This document shows, piece after piece, positions 9,845 through 19,918 of a stretch of 48,115 nt of DNA. Location of the stretch: NCBI GenBank assembly GCA_027491395.1, contig JAOZFI010000050.1, positions 1 to 48,115 of the forward strand. Direction: 5' to 3'. Made by a program: the position numbers and the translations under genes. How positions within the stretch are numbered: the first letter of the stretch is position 1; every line of letters begins with the position of its first letter. The notes beneath the pieces were generated by a model. It ran no database searches. It saw only the letters and a program-made list of their open reading frames with translations, and was not told where the DNA came from. Origin of the DNA: Thermoproteota archaeon. GTDB taxonomy: Archaea; Korarchaeota; Korarchaeia; Korarchaeales; Korarchaeaceae.

Positions 9845-11428
9845 ATGTCGCTCTCTAGAAAAAACCTGATTAACCTAGCTCTTATCGCCTTAATAGTTGC
9901 TGTTGGTGTCTTGACCTTCACGGGCTCAGCTGCGCTGGGTGGAGAGCCGAAACTGGACATCAATGTGCATTATAAGGAGCAAATAATATCAGCAGCCTAC
10001 AAAGTGTATGGAAGACCGAGCCTGAAATTCTGGGTCGCCAAGACGGTTCTGAAGAACACGGGCGATGTGCCCGTGAGGAACGTCAAGGTGAGTTACTACA
10101 TAGACGGATACACCTCTTGGTCGACCCCCACCGAATACGACGAGATACCACCGGGGGGCGCCGTGGTAGATACCTACTACCCTAAGTTACCGAAAAAGGT
10201 GGCGGAGCTCACTTCCCCAGTCCCAACCAAGCTGTACATAAAGGTAACTTACGATAAGGGTGGGAGGACTGAGGAAATAGTTCAGAGCAAGGATATAGAG
10301 ATCCTAGGAGTCCACGACATAGTATACTCTTCAATACCAGCCGAGGAATCCCTGCTCACATTCCCTGATGTGTTCAGCAACGCTCCGCTTTTGGCCGCTT
10401 GGGTCACTCCAACCGATCCTGTAGTTAGGGAATTCTCTGACTTGGGTAACAAGCTAGCTGGAGGTGCAGGAGCGTCCCTATCAGATGAAGGGGCACTTAA
10501 AACAATGCAAGGGATATGGCAGGCCCTTTTGATAAGAGGAACGACCTATAAAACTGAACCAGAAGGTTTCTGGACTGGGAAATACGCACAGTACGTCAAA
10601 TTCCCCAGGGACACTATCCTAGATGGGGAAGGAACCTGTATAGATTTGGCGATAATGTATGCAAGCCTAGTAGCGGCGCAGGGGCTTACCGATGTTTACA
10701 TAATGCTGGTACCAGGCCATGCTTTCCCCGTCGTTAGACTGCCGAAGAGTGGGGCGATGATACCGATTGAGACCACAACCCTGAATCAAGGCGCCACATT
10801 CAAGCAAGCCGTGCAAACAGCGGTGTATAACTGGCAGCAGAAATTCAGCAAGGGGCCTTACATCCCAATAAGCGTCAAGATGTGGCAAGCTTCTGGAGTA
10901 ACCCCACCAGAACTACCTCCCTTGCCACCCGATATATTGGAGAGAAAGGGGATCAAGCAAAAGATACTTGAGGTCATCAACAAGCTAGGTGGGGAACTCA
11001 GGTCCTATTCCAACAATTACTTCTCCATAAGGTACCCATCATCTTGGAGTGAGGATAGTGGTACGGACGATGAGGGGAGCTTCGTGAGCTGGACCTACCC
11101 GGAGGACGAGGGGATGACCCTCTATGTATCGTGGACCCCCTTCCAAGGATCTCTGAGCGATTACATCTCGTACATCGAGTCCTTGTACGATGAGCATAGG
11201 ATGGGAATGCAACAGGGCCAGATAGGCGCCTGTCCCTACGTAGTGGCATCCTATGCTTGGGAATACGAGGGTCAGCCGTGGATGAGCAATGAAATATACA
11301 TCCTCTGCAAAGGAGTGGGGATACACCTATCTTTCCAAGCGGAGAAACGCTACTGGGACGATGGGACGGCAAGTACCGTCTGGGAGAGGGTGATGGGTAC
11401 GTTCTATCCTATGATAGCGGGGGGATGA
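9845..11428 (+). CDS. secreted transglutaminase-like (papain-fold Cys-His-acid) protein with N-terminal Ig-like and C-terminal PsbP-like domains
   Basis: signal/anchor helix; LAAWVTPTDP, GTCIDLA, VPGHAF, IPIETT; FSIRYPSSW starts a PsbP-like domain; ATG 9845 preferred. Confidence 0.7.
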   Translation: MSLSRKNLINLALIALIVAVGVLTFTGSAALGGEPKLDINVHYKEQIISAAYKVYGRPSLKFWVAKTVLKNTGDVPVRNVKVSYYIDGYTSWSTPTEYDEIPPGGAVVDTYYPKLPKKVAELTSPVPTKLYIKVTYDKGGRTEEIVQSKDIEILGVHDIVYSSIPAEESLLTFPDVFSNAPLLAAWVTPTDPVVREFSDLGNKLAGGAGASLSDEGALKTMQGIWQALLIRGTTYKTEPEGFWTGKYAQYVKFPRDTILDGEGTCIDLAIMYASLVAAQGLTDVYIMLVPGHAFPVVRLPKSGAMIPIETTTLNQGATFKQAVQTAVYNWQQKFSKGPYIPISVKMWQASGVTPPELPPLPPDILERKGIKQKILEVINKLGGELRSYSNNYFSIRYPSSWSEDSGTDDEGSFVSWTYPEDEGMTLYVSWTPFQGSLSDYISYIESLYDEHRMGMQQGQIGACPYVVASYAWEYEGQPWMSNEIYILCKGVGIHLSFQAEKRYWDDGTASTVWERVMGTFYPMIAGG

Positions 11429-11432
11429 GGAT

Positions 11433-12140
11433 ATGAGGGTCAAACTAAAGCTATTGCTTCTGATCATGATTTCGCTCTTCCTGTATGGTCTACCTCAGTT
11501 GGAAGCCCAGCCCATAGCCTTGGGCCAACCTGTCAAGGGAATAGAGCTTCCGGTAAAGGTGGAGATGGATGACCTGCTGAACATGACCGTACTGGAGAAC
11601 GGCCTAGTCAAGGTCAATGAGGTGGTTAAAGCCACTGCAACTGGTTATCTTGTCTTGAAGCAGCAGTATCCCCTAACCTTCCTGTTCAAGAGGTTTATAG
11701 AGATGGATAAGGCGGATATAGAACTCGAGAACCTAACAGTGAACTTCGACGATGCCAACAGGAGGGTGACGGCGAGCTACGTGGCACTAGGGATGACCGC
11801 CAAGAAAATGGACAAGTGGGTTTTCTCCATAGAGGGAGATGCGAAACTGACAACCAGAGCCGGAAATACCTTGGTCTTCAGCAAGACTTCCCCCCTTCCC
11901 TTGGGCGGGAAGAAGAACATGGTGATAACAGTACACCTCCCCGAGTCGGCTAGCGATGTGTCTGTGACCACCGAGGGAGGCTACACCAAGATCTATTACA
12001 GACTTCCCTCGAATGGATTAAGTGGGAATCCGGTCCTCATCGGTATCCTGGGAATATTGATAGCTCTCCTAGTACTCAACTTGGTGCTGAAAGAGGGATT
12101 GCTGGGTCTTCCAAAGATGTTAAAGAAGGGAAAGAGTTGA
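11433..12140 (+). CDS. exported protein with C-terminal membrane anchor
   Basis: signal peptide, beta-rich body (ITVHLPESA), C-terminal TM plus Lys tail; 4 bp after the previous gene. Confidence 0.65.
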   Translation: MRVKLKLLLLIMISLFLYGLPQLEAQPIALGQPVKGIELPVKVEMDDLLNMTVLENGLVKVNEVVKATATGYLVLKQQYPLTFLFKRFIEMDKADIELENLTVNFDDANRRVTASYVALGMTAKKMDKWVFSIEGDAKLTTRAGNTLVFSKTSPLPLGGKKNMVITVHLPESASDVSVTTEGGYTKIYYRLPSNGLSGNPVLIGILGILIALLVLNLVLKEGLLGLPKMLKKGKS

Positions 12141-12146
12141 TGGCTC

Positions 12147-15100
12147 TCACCCTCCCGTACCCAACTTCACTACCTCCTTTATTTCACTCAGTTCCACAGC
12201 ACCATTACCATCATCCGTCCACTCGAGGAGAGTCAATCTATTACTGACCCCTTTATTCACTAGCCAGAGCAATCCCGCCCTAGTTCCATATCTAGTCACG
12301 CCGGCTACCCTGTAAAAGGTGAAGTTACCACATTTCATTCTCTCTATCAACGAATAATCCGTATCTCCGAAACTGGATATGTAGGTTCGATTACCGACCC
12401 TTATACCCACGAACACACCACTGCGTTGGATGAATTTGAAATCCTCGCCGTTCAACCAGCTCGGATCAACGGCGGGTCCTCCCAGTCTTATGACGGCTCC
12501 TGAGGAGGTGAAGGGGGCATCGATTTTGGATATTATATCAGCGTTAAGGGACCTATCTACCCCGAAAGCTGTGATAGCTGCCCTTTTTGGCTTGGAGTAA
12601 CCGCCTTCATCTCCTACAAAAATGAGCAGGAAGGTATCAGGAGCGTCAACATGATCGGAAGCTGGCTCCACCGTGAGCAAATCAAAGTAGAGAACCCATC
12701 CCCTTGGTACGCCTATCTTCCCCTTTACACCCTCAATATTCACTAGAGAGAGCACTTCGCACTTATCTCCAAATCTATCCACTAGGATCCCCCTCGGGAT
12801 CCCCGCTTGAGCTCGAACGAATGTGGGCAAGGATTCAATGTCTATCCTCGCGCCAACTCCCAGCTCCTTAACATCCCCACCACTCTCGTCAAGGACACCA
12901 AGCTTCCCCAAGACTAGGAGTTTGCCCCTGTATGAGGCCAAGATACTCCTAGCCTCGCGACTGAGGACCCTCAACTCAGGAGCGATGAGCACATCGTAGT
13001 GGGATAGCTCCGACTGGGAGGTCATTTCAATAGGAATCACATCGAAATGAACATGTTCCTCGGCCAAGACCCTGACTACCTCCCTGAAGGTCCTTATGTG
13101 GATTGTCCCCTCTACGTCGTAAGGGCCAGCTATGTAGGTGTCCACAAAGTCCCTCGTAAAGGAGGAGAAGAGCACCCCAACCCTGTTCCTCGTACTCCTC
13201 TCCATCCCCGAGAGCATATCCACCAACCAGAAGGCCCGTTTCCTGAATTCGACACCCACACTCCCCGTCATCAGTCCGTTAGAGTTGGTCTCGAAGAAAC
13301 CGTCAGCCAGCGGGAGTAGGAGCCCAAGTTGCTTGGCGGAATCAGAAGCATCCCTCCCGTAGGTCAGGGGGATGATGACACCATCTCGGACGGATCCTCT
13401 CGCATGCTTCAGCATTGCGTAAAAGTGGACCCATTCAGAGAGGCTGGCATTGGAGAGACCCGCCTCCCATGTTGGAGGGCCAATCTCAGGGACTAGGACA
13501 ATTATCGGATCGTATCGTAGGAACACCTGGTCGAATCCCAACTCCGTGGCCCCAGCATCGCAGGCGGAACTCTCCACTAGGAGGACCTTGCCGAGAGAGA
13601 AGGCCTCTTCAGCGACGGCGAGAACGAAGTCGAGCGCCATGTCGTGCCTCCATCTCAGCCACAGTGGGAACGAGGGGTCATCCGTGGAGCTTGGGGAAAA
13701 CACCCAGTATTCCTCTTCGAATCCTTCCTTTCCCCAATCGGAAGCGTCGGGCCACAGATCACTCATCTCCTCTGTTAAATACTCGGGGAGATGAGGAACA
13801 TCTAGCCAGACACCGTCGGCCACTTCCATCAACTTCCTGACCCTGTCAATCAGGATCTCTCTGTGAGGCGACAGGGGGGACATCCAAAGATCGAATTCAC
13901 CTCCCTCCACCCACGGTACATCCAGCTCCTCTCCGGTAATCACCAGCCTCCTTCCGTCCAAGGAAACTTGGGCCCATTCCTTATGGATAGGCTCGTCACA
14001 AACGACCTCCAGAGCGGGAACGTAAACCACCACCCTCATACCTAAGGAGTGGGCCTCTCTGGTGATGACTTTCACGGTCTCTAATGCCTTGGAGAAGTCC
14101 CTATACAGCATGTCGCACGAACTGAGCCCTACATCCAGCTCCACCAAAGACACCCCCTGATCCCTCAGGATAGAGATATCGACATCAGGAGATTCAGTAT
14201 ATACTGAGACCACACGTGCTCCCTTCAACCAATTTGGGGCTTGATAATCCTTGACTCTCCTGAATTCATCGAATATAGCCCTCATCAGCCCATATCTCTC
14301 CTCACCCACGCCCTCCCAGAAGATGTATATGCCGTCTGCTCCGGCGGATGCGATCCAGAAGGCCCTCTTCCTTGCCTCCTCCTCGCTCAACACCGGCAGG
14401 TCTGAAAGATAGGTAGATGCTACCACCTTACTGGCTACTTGACGGGCCTTCCACACGGTTTTGAAGTGCCTCAACCTGCTCTCACTGGACGGGATCATCA
14501 CGTAGAGGGTCCCCGTCACTGCCGCTATACCGGAGAAGTCTATTCCATATGTCTCCAAGGGATCCCATATCAGGAGGTGGGGTCTCACCTCTATGCTAGG
14601 CCTCACCTGTCTGGCTGCCGAGGTGATAATCCTGATCAGCTCTGTAACCTGCTTGGCCCTCCACTCCACCCATTTCCCTCTTATCTGGTCGTTTCCCTCG
14701 ATGAACGATGCCCACTCTTCCGGGGAGTCCCCCTTAACCGTCACACCGGTATCTCTCTCGAACGCTCTCACGGTAAACTCATCGTAGCTCGTCAGAAGGG
14801 ATCGATCCTCTCTTTCCAAGTAGACATCGGAGAACTGGAAGTTGTCGTTGATGTCAATGCCGTCGACACCCAAGGCAGCCACCTCCCTCGCCACACCTCT
14901 CAATAGATCAATACATTCTCTTTCCCTTACTATCCTCGATGGAGGAACTATTCTGTGGAAGTAATCAGAGGAGTAAAAATCGGAGGATCTGCCGTTGGAC
15001 AGAACGGCTATCCACTCAGGATGCTCCCTCAACCACACCTCATGTGGGATATTCACCCATCCATAAACCATCATCCCGAGTTTCCTTGCCTCCCTGATAG

Positions 15101-15371
15101 TTCTGAGGGTAATATCTACCATTTCACCCCTCACTGGAAGCAAGTCAGATGGATACAGGGCGTATCCCTCTCCGTCGACTAAAGTAACTAGTATGGCGTT
15201 GGCCCCCACGTCCTTGAGCTTTCGGAGCATCAAGGATGGATCGCAGGATGGGTCTGTACATGGATCATAGACTCCCAACTCTAAACTCTTCACCTTGTAA
15301 GTGGAAATTCCGATCTGTACATGAAGGGCGAGTGTGAGGAGAGCTAAGGTTAGAGCGTACTTCGAGCTCAC
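12147..15371 (-). CDS. large secreted multidomain glycoside hydrolase-like protein
   Basis: signal peptide; two TIM-barrel-like repeats (GYALYPS..ARKLGMMVYGW..HPEW..VDGIDIND; AHSLGMRVVVY..HKEWAQ..ADGVWLD); GH42 trimerisation-like segment (HFDVI..YDVLIAP); C-terminal S-layer-like module (LGGPAV, VAGVTRYGT). Confidence 0.65.
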   Translation of the reverse strand: MSSKYALTLALLTLALHVQIGISTYKVKSLELGVYDPCTDPSCDPSLMLRKLKDVGANAILVTLVDGEGYALYPSDLLPVRGEMVDITLRTIREARKLGMMVYGWVNIPHEVWLREHPEWIAVLSNGRSSDFYSSDYFHRIVPPSRIVRERECIDLLRGVAREVAALGVDGIDINDNFQFSDVYLEREDRSLLTSYDEFTVRAFERDTGVTVKGDSPEEWASFIEGNDQIRGKWVEWRAKQVTELIRIITSAARQVRPSIEVRPHLLIWDPLETYGIDFSGIAAVTGTLYVMIPSSESRLRHFKTVWKARQVASKVVASTYLSDLPVLSEEEARKRAFWIASAGADGIYIFWEGVGEERYGLMRAIFDEFRRVKDYQAPNWLKGARVVSVYTESPDVDISILRDQGVSLVELDVGLSSCDMLYRDFSKALETVKVITREAHSLGMRVVVYVPALEVVCDEPIHKEWAQVSLDGRRLVITGEELDVPWVEGGEFDLWMSPLSPHREILIDRVRKLMEVADGVWLDVPHLPEYLTEEMSDLWPDASDWGKEGFEEEYWVFSPSSTDDPSFPLWLRWRHDMALDFVLAVAEEAFSLGKVLLVESSACDAGATELGFDQVFLRYDPIIVLVPEIGPPTWEAGLSNASLSEWVHFYAMLKHARGSVRDGVIIPLTYGRDASDSAKQLGLLLPLADGFFETNSNGLMTGSVGVEFRKRAFWLVDMLSGMERSTRNRVGVLFSSFTRDFVDTYIAGPYDVEGTIHIRTFREVVRVLAEEHVHFDVIPIEMTSQSELSHYDVLIAPELRVLSREARSILASYRGKLLVLGKLGVLDESGGDVKELGVGARIDIESLPTFVRAQAGIPRGILVDRFGDKCEVLSLVNIEGVKGKIGVPRGWVLYFDLLTVEPASDHVDAPDTFLLIFVGDEGGYSKPKRAAITAFGVDRSLNADIISKIDAPFTSSGAVIRLGGPAVDPSWLNGEDFKFIQRSGVFVGIRVGNRTYISSFGDTDYSLIERMKCGNFTFYRVAGVTRYGTRAGLLWLVNKGVSNRLTLLEWTDDGNGAVELSEIKEVVKLGTGG

Positions 15372-15447
15372 AGGCGGAGTGCGTTATCATTATATTAACG
15401 AGTTACGGGAGCGATATAACAATTGTAATTCAATGTGGGCGAGGAGC

Positions 15448-16146
15448 ATGCGGGCCCTGAGGGTTCCTAAAGAAAGTGGATTGCTGTCCTTATGGCTAGC
15501 TACCCTGATCTACGCCCTCCTAAAGGTTAGAACGTGGAACCTCCCCGTCTTAGCATCACTAGCTGGTTCAATAGTACTCCTCCTCTTATCAGATGAGATC
15601 CTACACCTAATAGCCAGCAGGAGGATCAAGAAACTTATAAATCAGCTATCAGTAGTTCTAATACTCTATATCCCCCTGCTCCTTGTAAATCCAATGGTCC
15701 TCTTCTTGGGTCTAATTACGGTTCCTTTCATCGTGATCATTCTTCTATCCACTTCTCCCGATAGGGAGATCACACATGGATCCACAATAGCGGGTTCCGC
15801 AGCTGTGGCAATGCACTCACCAGTCCTGATGATCTCAGGAGGTGAACTCGATCCAGCCTATCTGATGATACCGCCCCTCTACTCTATCATGGCTACCAGT
15901 CACGCGTCAATAAGGGTCCTAGGTTGCAATTTAAAGGCCCTCCTCTCGGGAATAGTAGCTGTAGCAATTCTTATCTCAATCACTTTACCGTCCCCAGCTC
16001 TTGCGATCGTAATTTTAGTTGACATATCCAGCAGGCTGCTTCAAGAGGTTACAGGACTATCCTCTAGGGTCAGGGTTAGGACCTTTGGATTCATCGAATT
16101 TGCGAGGTCCTGCCTCACGCTCGCGGTCTCGGCCTTAGTTGGTTGA
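15448..16146 (+). CDS. YwiC-like integral membrane protein
   Basis: N-terminal VPKESGLLSLW resembles the YwiC PxxHGAW start; about 8 TM helices; C-terminal FGFIE; start 15448 or 15433. Confidence 0.5.
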   Translation: MRALRVPKESGLLSLWLATLIYALLKVRTWNLPVLASLAGSIVLLLLSDEILHLIASRRIKKLINQLSVVLILYIPLLLVNPMVLFLGLITVPFIVIILLSTSPDREITHGSTIAGSAAVAMHSPVLMISGGELDPAYLMIPPLYSIMATSHASIRVLGCNLKALLSGIVAVAILISITLPSPALAIVILVDISSRLLQEVTGLSSRVRVRTFGFIEFARSCLTLAVSALVG

Positions 16147-16265
16147 GCGAAAGGCGGATAAGCCGAAAACAGGTACTGTCTAACTGTCTATGTGACGCTC
16201 AGACGCTTTAGAGTATCTATAATCATTCTCAACTTGTATATCTGTTAAATGGACTGATTTTACTT

Positions 16266-16565
16266 TTGAGATCTAGGAGAGAAGCCGACGTGATTCTGTC
16301 AATTTCCCTAATAATCTCTCTGGGCCCCGCATCATCCGAGTGGAGAAGCGCGCCTGCTTTATTCCTGTCTGGATGCCTCGTGGGCTTCTTCATACAACTG
16401 ATAGGAATTCATTACGGGATTTCCTTCAGGAAATACAGCTATCTTTCCTTCGAAGGGGTGAGCTTATGGGATGTACCTATCCCTATAGCGCTGGCTTGGG
16501 GCTTCTACCTTTATACGGCTTACCTAGCATCCCTACCCATGCCCTCAGTATATCCGAGCAACTAA
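16266..16565 (+). pseudogene. truncated carotenoid biosynthesis (CruF/DUF422-like) membrane protein fragment
   Basis: QLIGIHYGISFRKYSY..LWDVPIPIALAW matches the E-x-x-G-x-x-x-G-x-x-FG-x-Y-x-Y..VP..W pattern with conserved E and G substituted; only about 99 aa, AT-rich surroundings. Confidence 0.55.
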
Positions 16566-16722
16566 CCGGTTCGTCATATCCCATAAGGCGCTCTAGACAA
16601 TCCTACGTCCCTTATCTCGCTAGTTTCTTCCTCATAATGCTAATTATCCGGACCAGAATCGATCCTTACTGCTGCAATCTCGTTCTCCCTTGCTGTAATA
16701 CTGCTGATAGGGATGTATAAAA

Positions 16723-18366
16723 TCACTCGGCGGGCCTCATCGCGCTCCTGAACTTCGATATGAGTTTGTCAGATCCCGTCACTATTCCCACCGAAAGCAG
16801 GATTACCGATATGAAAGACAGGGGATTAGAGAACGTTAGCACGATCCCCCTCCTGAAGAACTCGTCGGCAATGCTGAGCATGGGAAGGACTGTCATGTAG
16901 AGTATGAGCACTCTAAGCAGGATGCTGAATGCAGAAGAGATGCCCAACTCGCTTATCCTCCTTATGTCGCTGGCCATCCTCTGGAATATTATATAGATAG
17001 CCGCCATTATGGAGGAGAACAGGGCTATGAGTATAACTTGATGGAAACCCACTCTGAGGTTGAAGAGGAAGGACAGCACGTAGGTTATGCTGATTATCAG
17101 GGCCAACTGGTAGACGTGGTACTTGAAGTCCACATCCGCTATGAGGTTGTTTATGAGGTCGCTCACCTCCTCATGGATCTTCAGTATGCTGTCCATCAGG
17201 GGTTTGGGTGTTTTCAGCATTATCGCATTCACTATCGTATCGACCCTCTTGCTTATCACGTTGAGGAAGGTCAGGTTGAACGCGTAGGCGAACATGGCAC
17301 CTAGGGCAAGCTCAGTAGGGAGTTCAACGCCCTGAGCTAGAAGGGTCGCCAGAACGAGCAAGCCGAACTCTCCAGTATTGGCCAGAACAAGGCTCAGCCT
17401 CATCCCCCTTATGAACTCCAGCCCGCTGAGGAAACTCGCCGCGAACAGGGCGATAGCCCTGAACACGTAGGCTAATATTGCGAGGGTGAACCCTATCGAG
17501 GCCGCCTTCGCGTAGACCCAGAAGATCTCGGCTGTGGTGGCCTCCAAGACATGGACCTCGTAAGGCAACGTCATCACGAAGCCCATGAGGGCCAATGTCA
17601 TCAGCCCCTCGAGCACCTCGAACACAGGCTTGTCCATCCCCTGTATGGCCATGGATATGGCTCCGATGAACACAACTAGGGCTTCAGGTAAATGTAGGAA
17701 CTCGGATATGGATATGAGTATCAACATGTAGAGGAGAACCGTAAGCAGCTTGGTGCTCTCACCAGCCCCCCTCACTATCCTGTCTATCCACCTCGCTAGG
17801 ATCACTGTTATGGCTAGTACGACAATGCTCCAAGCGATGAGTCCGTAAACTGCTTCTCTAGAAAGTCCTTCCAGCCCTAAGGTGAAGTAACCCACCGATG
17901 CTAGGAACACGGCCAAGGAATCCTCTAGGATGGAGATGGCTATCCCATAGTTGGCCAGCTCCCTATCGACGCTTTTACCGTACTCGTATGCGAAAGCCTC
18001 GTTTGACGCTATCATTATGGCGGTGAGCGTGAGAGCGCCGGCTGGGTTCATTACCGTCCTCAGGAACCCGTAAAGGGTGAGTAGGATGGAGGCCTCGAAG
18101 AAGATGAAGAGGAGGAGCCTCTCCTTCTCCTTCCTCATGAAATCCACATCTAACTCGACACCAGCTATGAACACCAGCAGAGCGAGGGCGAAAGGGCTCA
18201 AATTTACCAAGAGGGTTGGTATCTCAAGACCGAGGGCCTTCCCCACTAGGGAACCTATCATCAGGGCTGGTAGTATAACGACGGGCCTTATCCTGCTGTA
18301 GGCCACGGCTATCAGCGACACCACGGCCAAGTACAGTATGTGGGGAAGGGCCACCTCGGTCAACAA
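16723..18366 (-). CDS. cation:proton antiporter (CPA2/Kef-like) with extra C-terminal TM segments
   Basis: LLVFIAGVELD, GIAISILEDSLAV, LANTGEFGLLV; more than 12 TM helices; no TrkA-N/RCK domain evident. Confidence 0.8.
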   Translation of the reverse strand: MLTEVALPHILYLAVVSLIAVAYSRIRPVVILPALMIGSLVGKALGLEIPTLLVNLSPFALALLVFIAGVELDVDFMRKEKERLLLFIFFEASILLTLYGFLRTVMNPAGALTLTAIMIASNEAFAYEYGKSVDRELANYGIAISILEDSLAVFLASVGYFTLGLEGLSREAVYGLIAWSIVVLAITVILARWIDRIVRGAGESTKLLTVLLYMLILISISEFLHLPEALVVFIGAISMAIQGMDKPVFEVLEGLMTLALMGFVMTLPYEVHVLEATTAEIFWVYAKAASIGFTLAILAYVFRAIALFAASFLSGLEFIRGMRLSLVLANTGEFGLLVLATLLAQGVELPTELALGAMFAYAFNLTFLNVISKRVDTIVNAIMLKTPKPLMDSILKIHEEVSDLINNLIADVDFKYHVYQLALIISITYVLSFLFNLRVGFHQVILIALFSSIMAAIYIIFQRMASDIRRISELGISSAFSILLRVLILYMTVLPMLSIADEFFRRGIVLTFSNPLSFISVILLSVGIVTGSDKLISKFRSAMRPAE

Positions 18367-18387
18367 TTTTACTCCCCGTCGATTCAG

Positions 18388-18972
18388 CTAGACGGTCGAT
18401 AAATAATGGTTACCCAGTTCCATGCAGAGATCTAAGTATGCCCTGTACTTGAGCGGTATGGACAGCGAGGCAGGCACGCTACTGACTACCTTGGACACGG
18501 AAGCTACGGGGGGAGGCGCGAATATGGCTGCCTTAGAGACCTCCAACTCAGCTCCAGCGAACTCCACGATGAACTTCAGTTCTTTCAGCTCTTCCATAAG
18601 GGGGTTGAGGACCCTCTCAACAGACGCGCTTCTGAGAAGGATCCTAGCTCTGAGTTCACCTTCCTCGATCTCCAATCCGACTATCTCATCTCCTCTTCTT
18701 TTGGCCAGCGACTCTAGATCCTTGAGTCTCCCCCTCTCCACGGACAAATTTAGCTCGAAGGTGCCGTCTTCCAGATCGGATTCCCCGAGCTCCCTCAGAT
18801 GACCAATTCCCTCATAAGAAGATTTAGCTTCCTCGAGAGCCTCCCTCAACAGGTTTTCCATATAACTGGGGTTAATCACCACGGTAGCCCTCGCCGAGGT
18901 AAAGTTCACCACGACCTCCTCCACCTCTGGTCTTTCCCAAAGACTTCTCGCTACTGACAGTAACTCTCTCAT
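18388..18972 (-). CDS. hypothetical protein, paralog of 18969..19535
   Basis: ATGA overlap with upstream gene; alignable core with neighbour. Confidence 0.7.
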   Translation of the reverse strand: MRELLSVARSLWERPEVEEVVVNFTSARATVVINPSYMENLLREALEEAKSSYEGIGHLRELGESDLEDGTFELNLSVERGRLKDLESLAKRRGDEIVGLEIEEGELRARILLRSASVERVLNPLMEELKELKFIVEFAGAELEVSKAAIFAPPPVASVSKVVSSVPASLSIPLKYRAYLDLCMELGNHYLSTV

Positions 18973-19535
18973 GGGATAACCCCCTCCCCCTCATCCCCGT
19001 GTTCATGTTCGTGCTCATGTTCATGGGCATGCTCATGCTCAGGTGAACATTCCTCCGCCGTCGAAACGTACACGGAGACCTCGACACACTCCCTCGTAAG
19101 CTCGTAACCAATGAGGGAGAACGTCTTCACCTCAGGTGGAAGTACCTTGGATATCAGATAGGCCATATGGATTGAAAAGGCACTCAGAGAACCTCTAGGA
19201 TATATAAGGGCACCGAATTTATCATCCTTCAGCTCTAAAGTACCTATTACATCCTCGCTCTTCTTGGCCACCTCGACTAAATTATCTAGGGAGTTCAGAT
19301 CGCCCTCAACATATATCCACGCGTCAACGCCCTCCTCATCCATTCCCCCCTCGGAGACTTTCCCGTACCTCTTCTCCGCGTTAACGTACGACTCTCGAAG
19401 CACCTCCTTCATGTGGGTGATCTCCTCTCTAGGGAAGCGGATGGTGACTATGAAGAGGACGGGATCCTCTGGATCCCTAGACACTTTAGTAACTGGGGCG
19501 ATCCCCTTGATGGCCTCTAGTATCTTGAGAAGCAT
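18969..19535 (-). CDS. hypothetical protein with C-terminal His/Glu-rich tail
   Basis: ATG 19535 with GGAGGG RBS and TTTTAA TATA; tail CSPEHEHAHEHEHEHEHG. Confidence 0.75.
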   Translation of the reverse strand: MLLKILEAIKGIAPVTKVSRDPEDPVLFIVTIRFPREEITHMKEVLRESYVNAEKRYGKVSEGGMDEEGVDAWIYVEGDLNSLDNLVEVAKKSEDVIGTLELKDDKFGALIYPRGSLSAFSIHMAYLISKVLPPEVKTFSLIGYELTRECVEVSVYVSTAEECSPEHEHAHEHEHEHEHGDEGEGVIP

Positions 19536-19632
19536 AGTCCATCCCTCCGGAGGGGCTGAACTTAAAAGTCCATCCACACATGGGAGCCGTGTCAACATTT
19601 AATATATCACGCATCAGACCATCCGGGTGGAG

Positions 19633-19878
19633 ATGACTAGGGTCGAGGTCTCTCAAGGAGTTTACGTCATCTGCGAGATCAAAGAGGAGAACGGAGGCAC
19701 TTTCCTCGAGTGCAGCCTTCGAAGACAGGGGAGGCTGGGATTGAAGCTTCATGAGAAGCTTAGGAATGTGGAAGAGATCGAGGAGATAATGAAGAGACCT
19801 AGGTGGCTGGGGGAGGAGTCCGATAGAGCTTTGAGAAGGGCGCTGTCCCTCTTACTCGGGAAGGTGAGGGAGAATTAG
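19633..19878 (+). CDS. small hypothetical protein
   Basis: TATA (TTTAATAT near 19598), GGTGGAG RBS, coding-like composition. Confidence 0.6.
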   Translation: MTRVEVSQGVYVICEIKEENGGTFLECSLRRQGRLGLKLHEKLRNVEEIEEIMKRPRWLGEESDRALRRALSLLLGKVREN

Positions 19879-19918
19879 CCTCAATCTCACCAAACTGGAT
19901 GTTCTGGATAAAATAGAC

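Noticed and set aside
18999-19040. His-Glu coding repeat as a DNA tandem repeat
   Set aside because: Synonymous codons vary, so the repeat is selected at protein level
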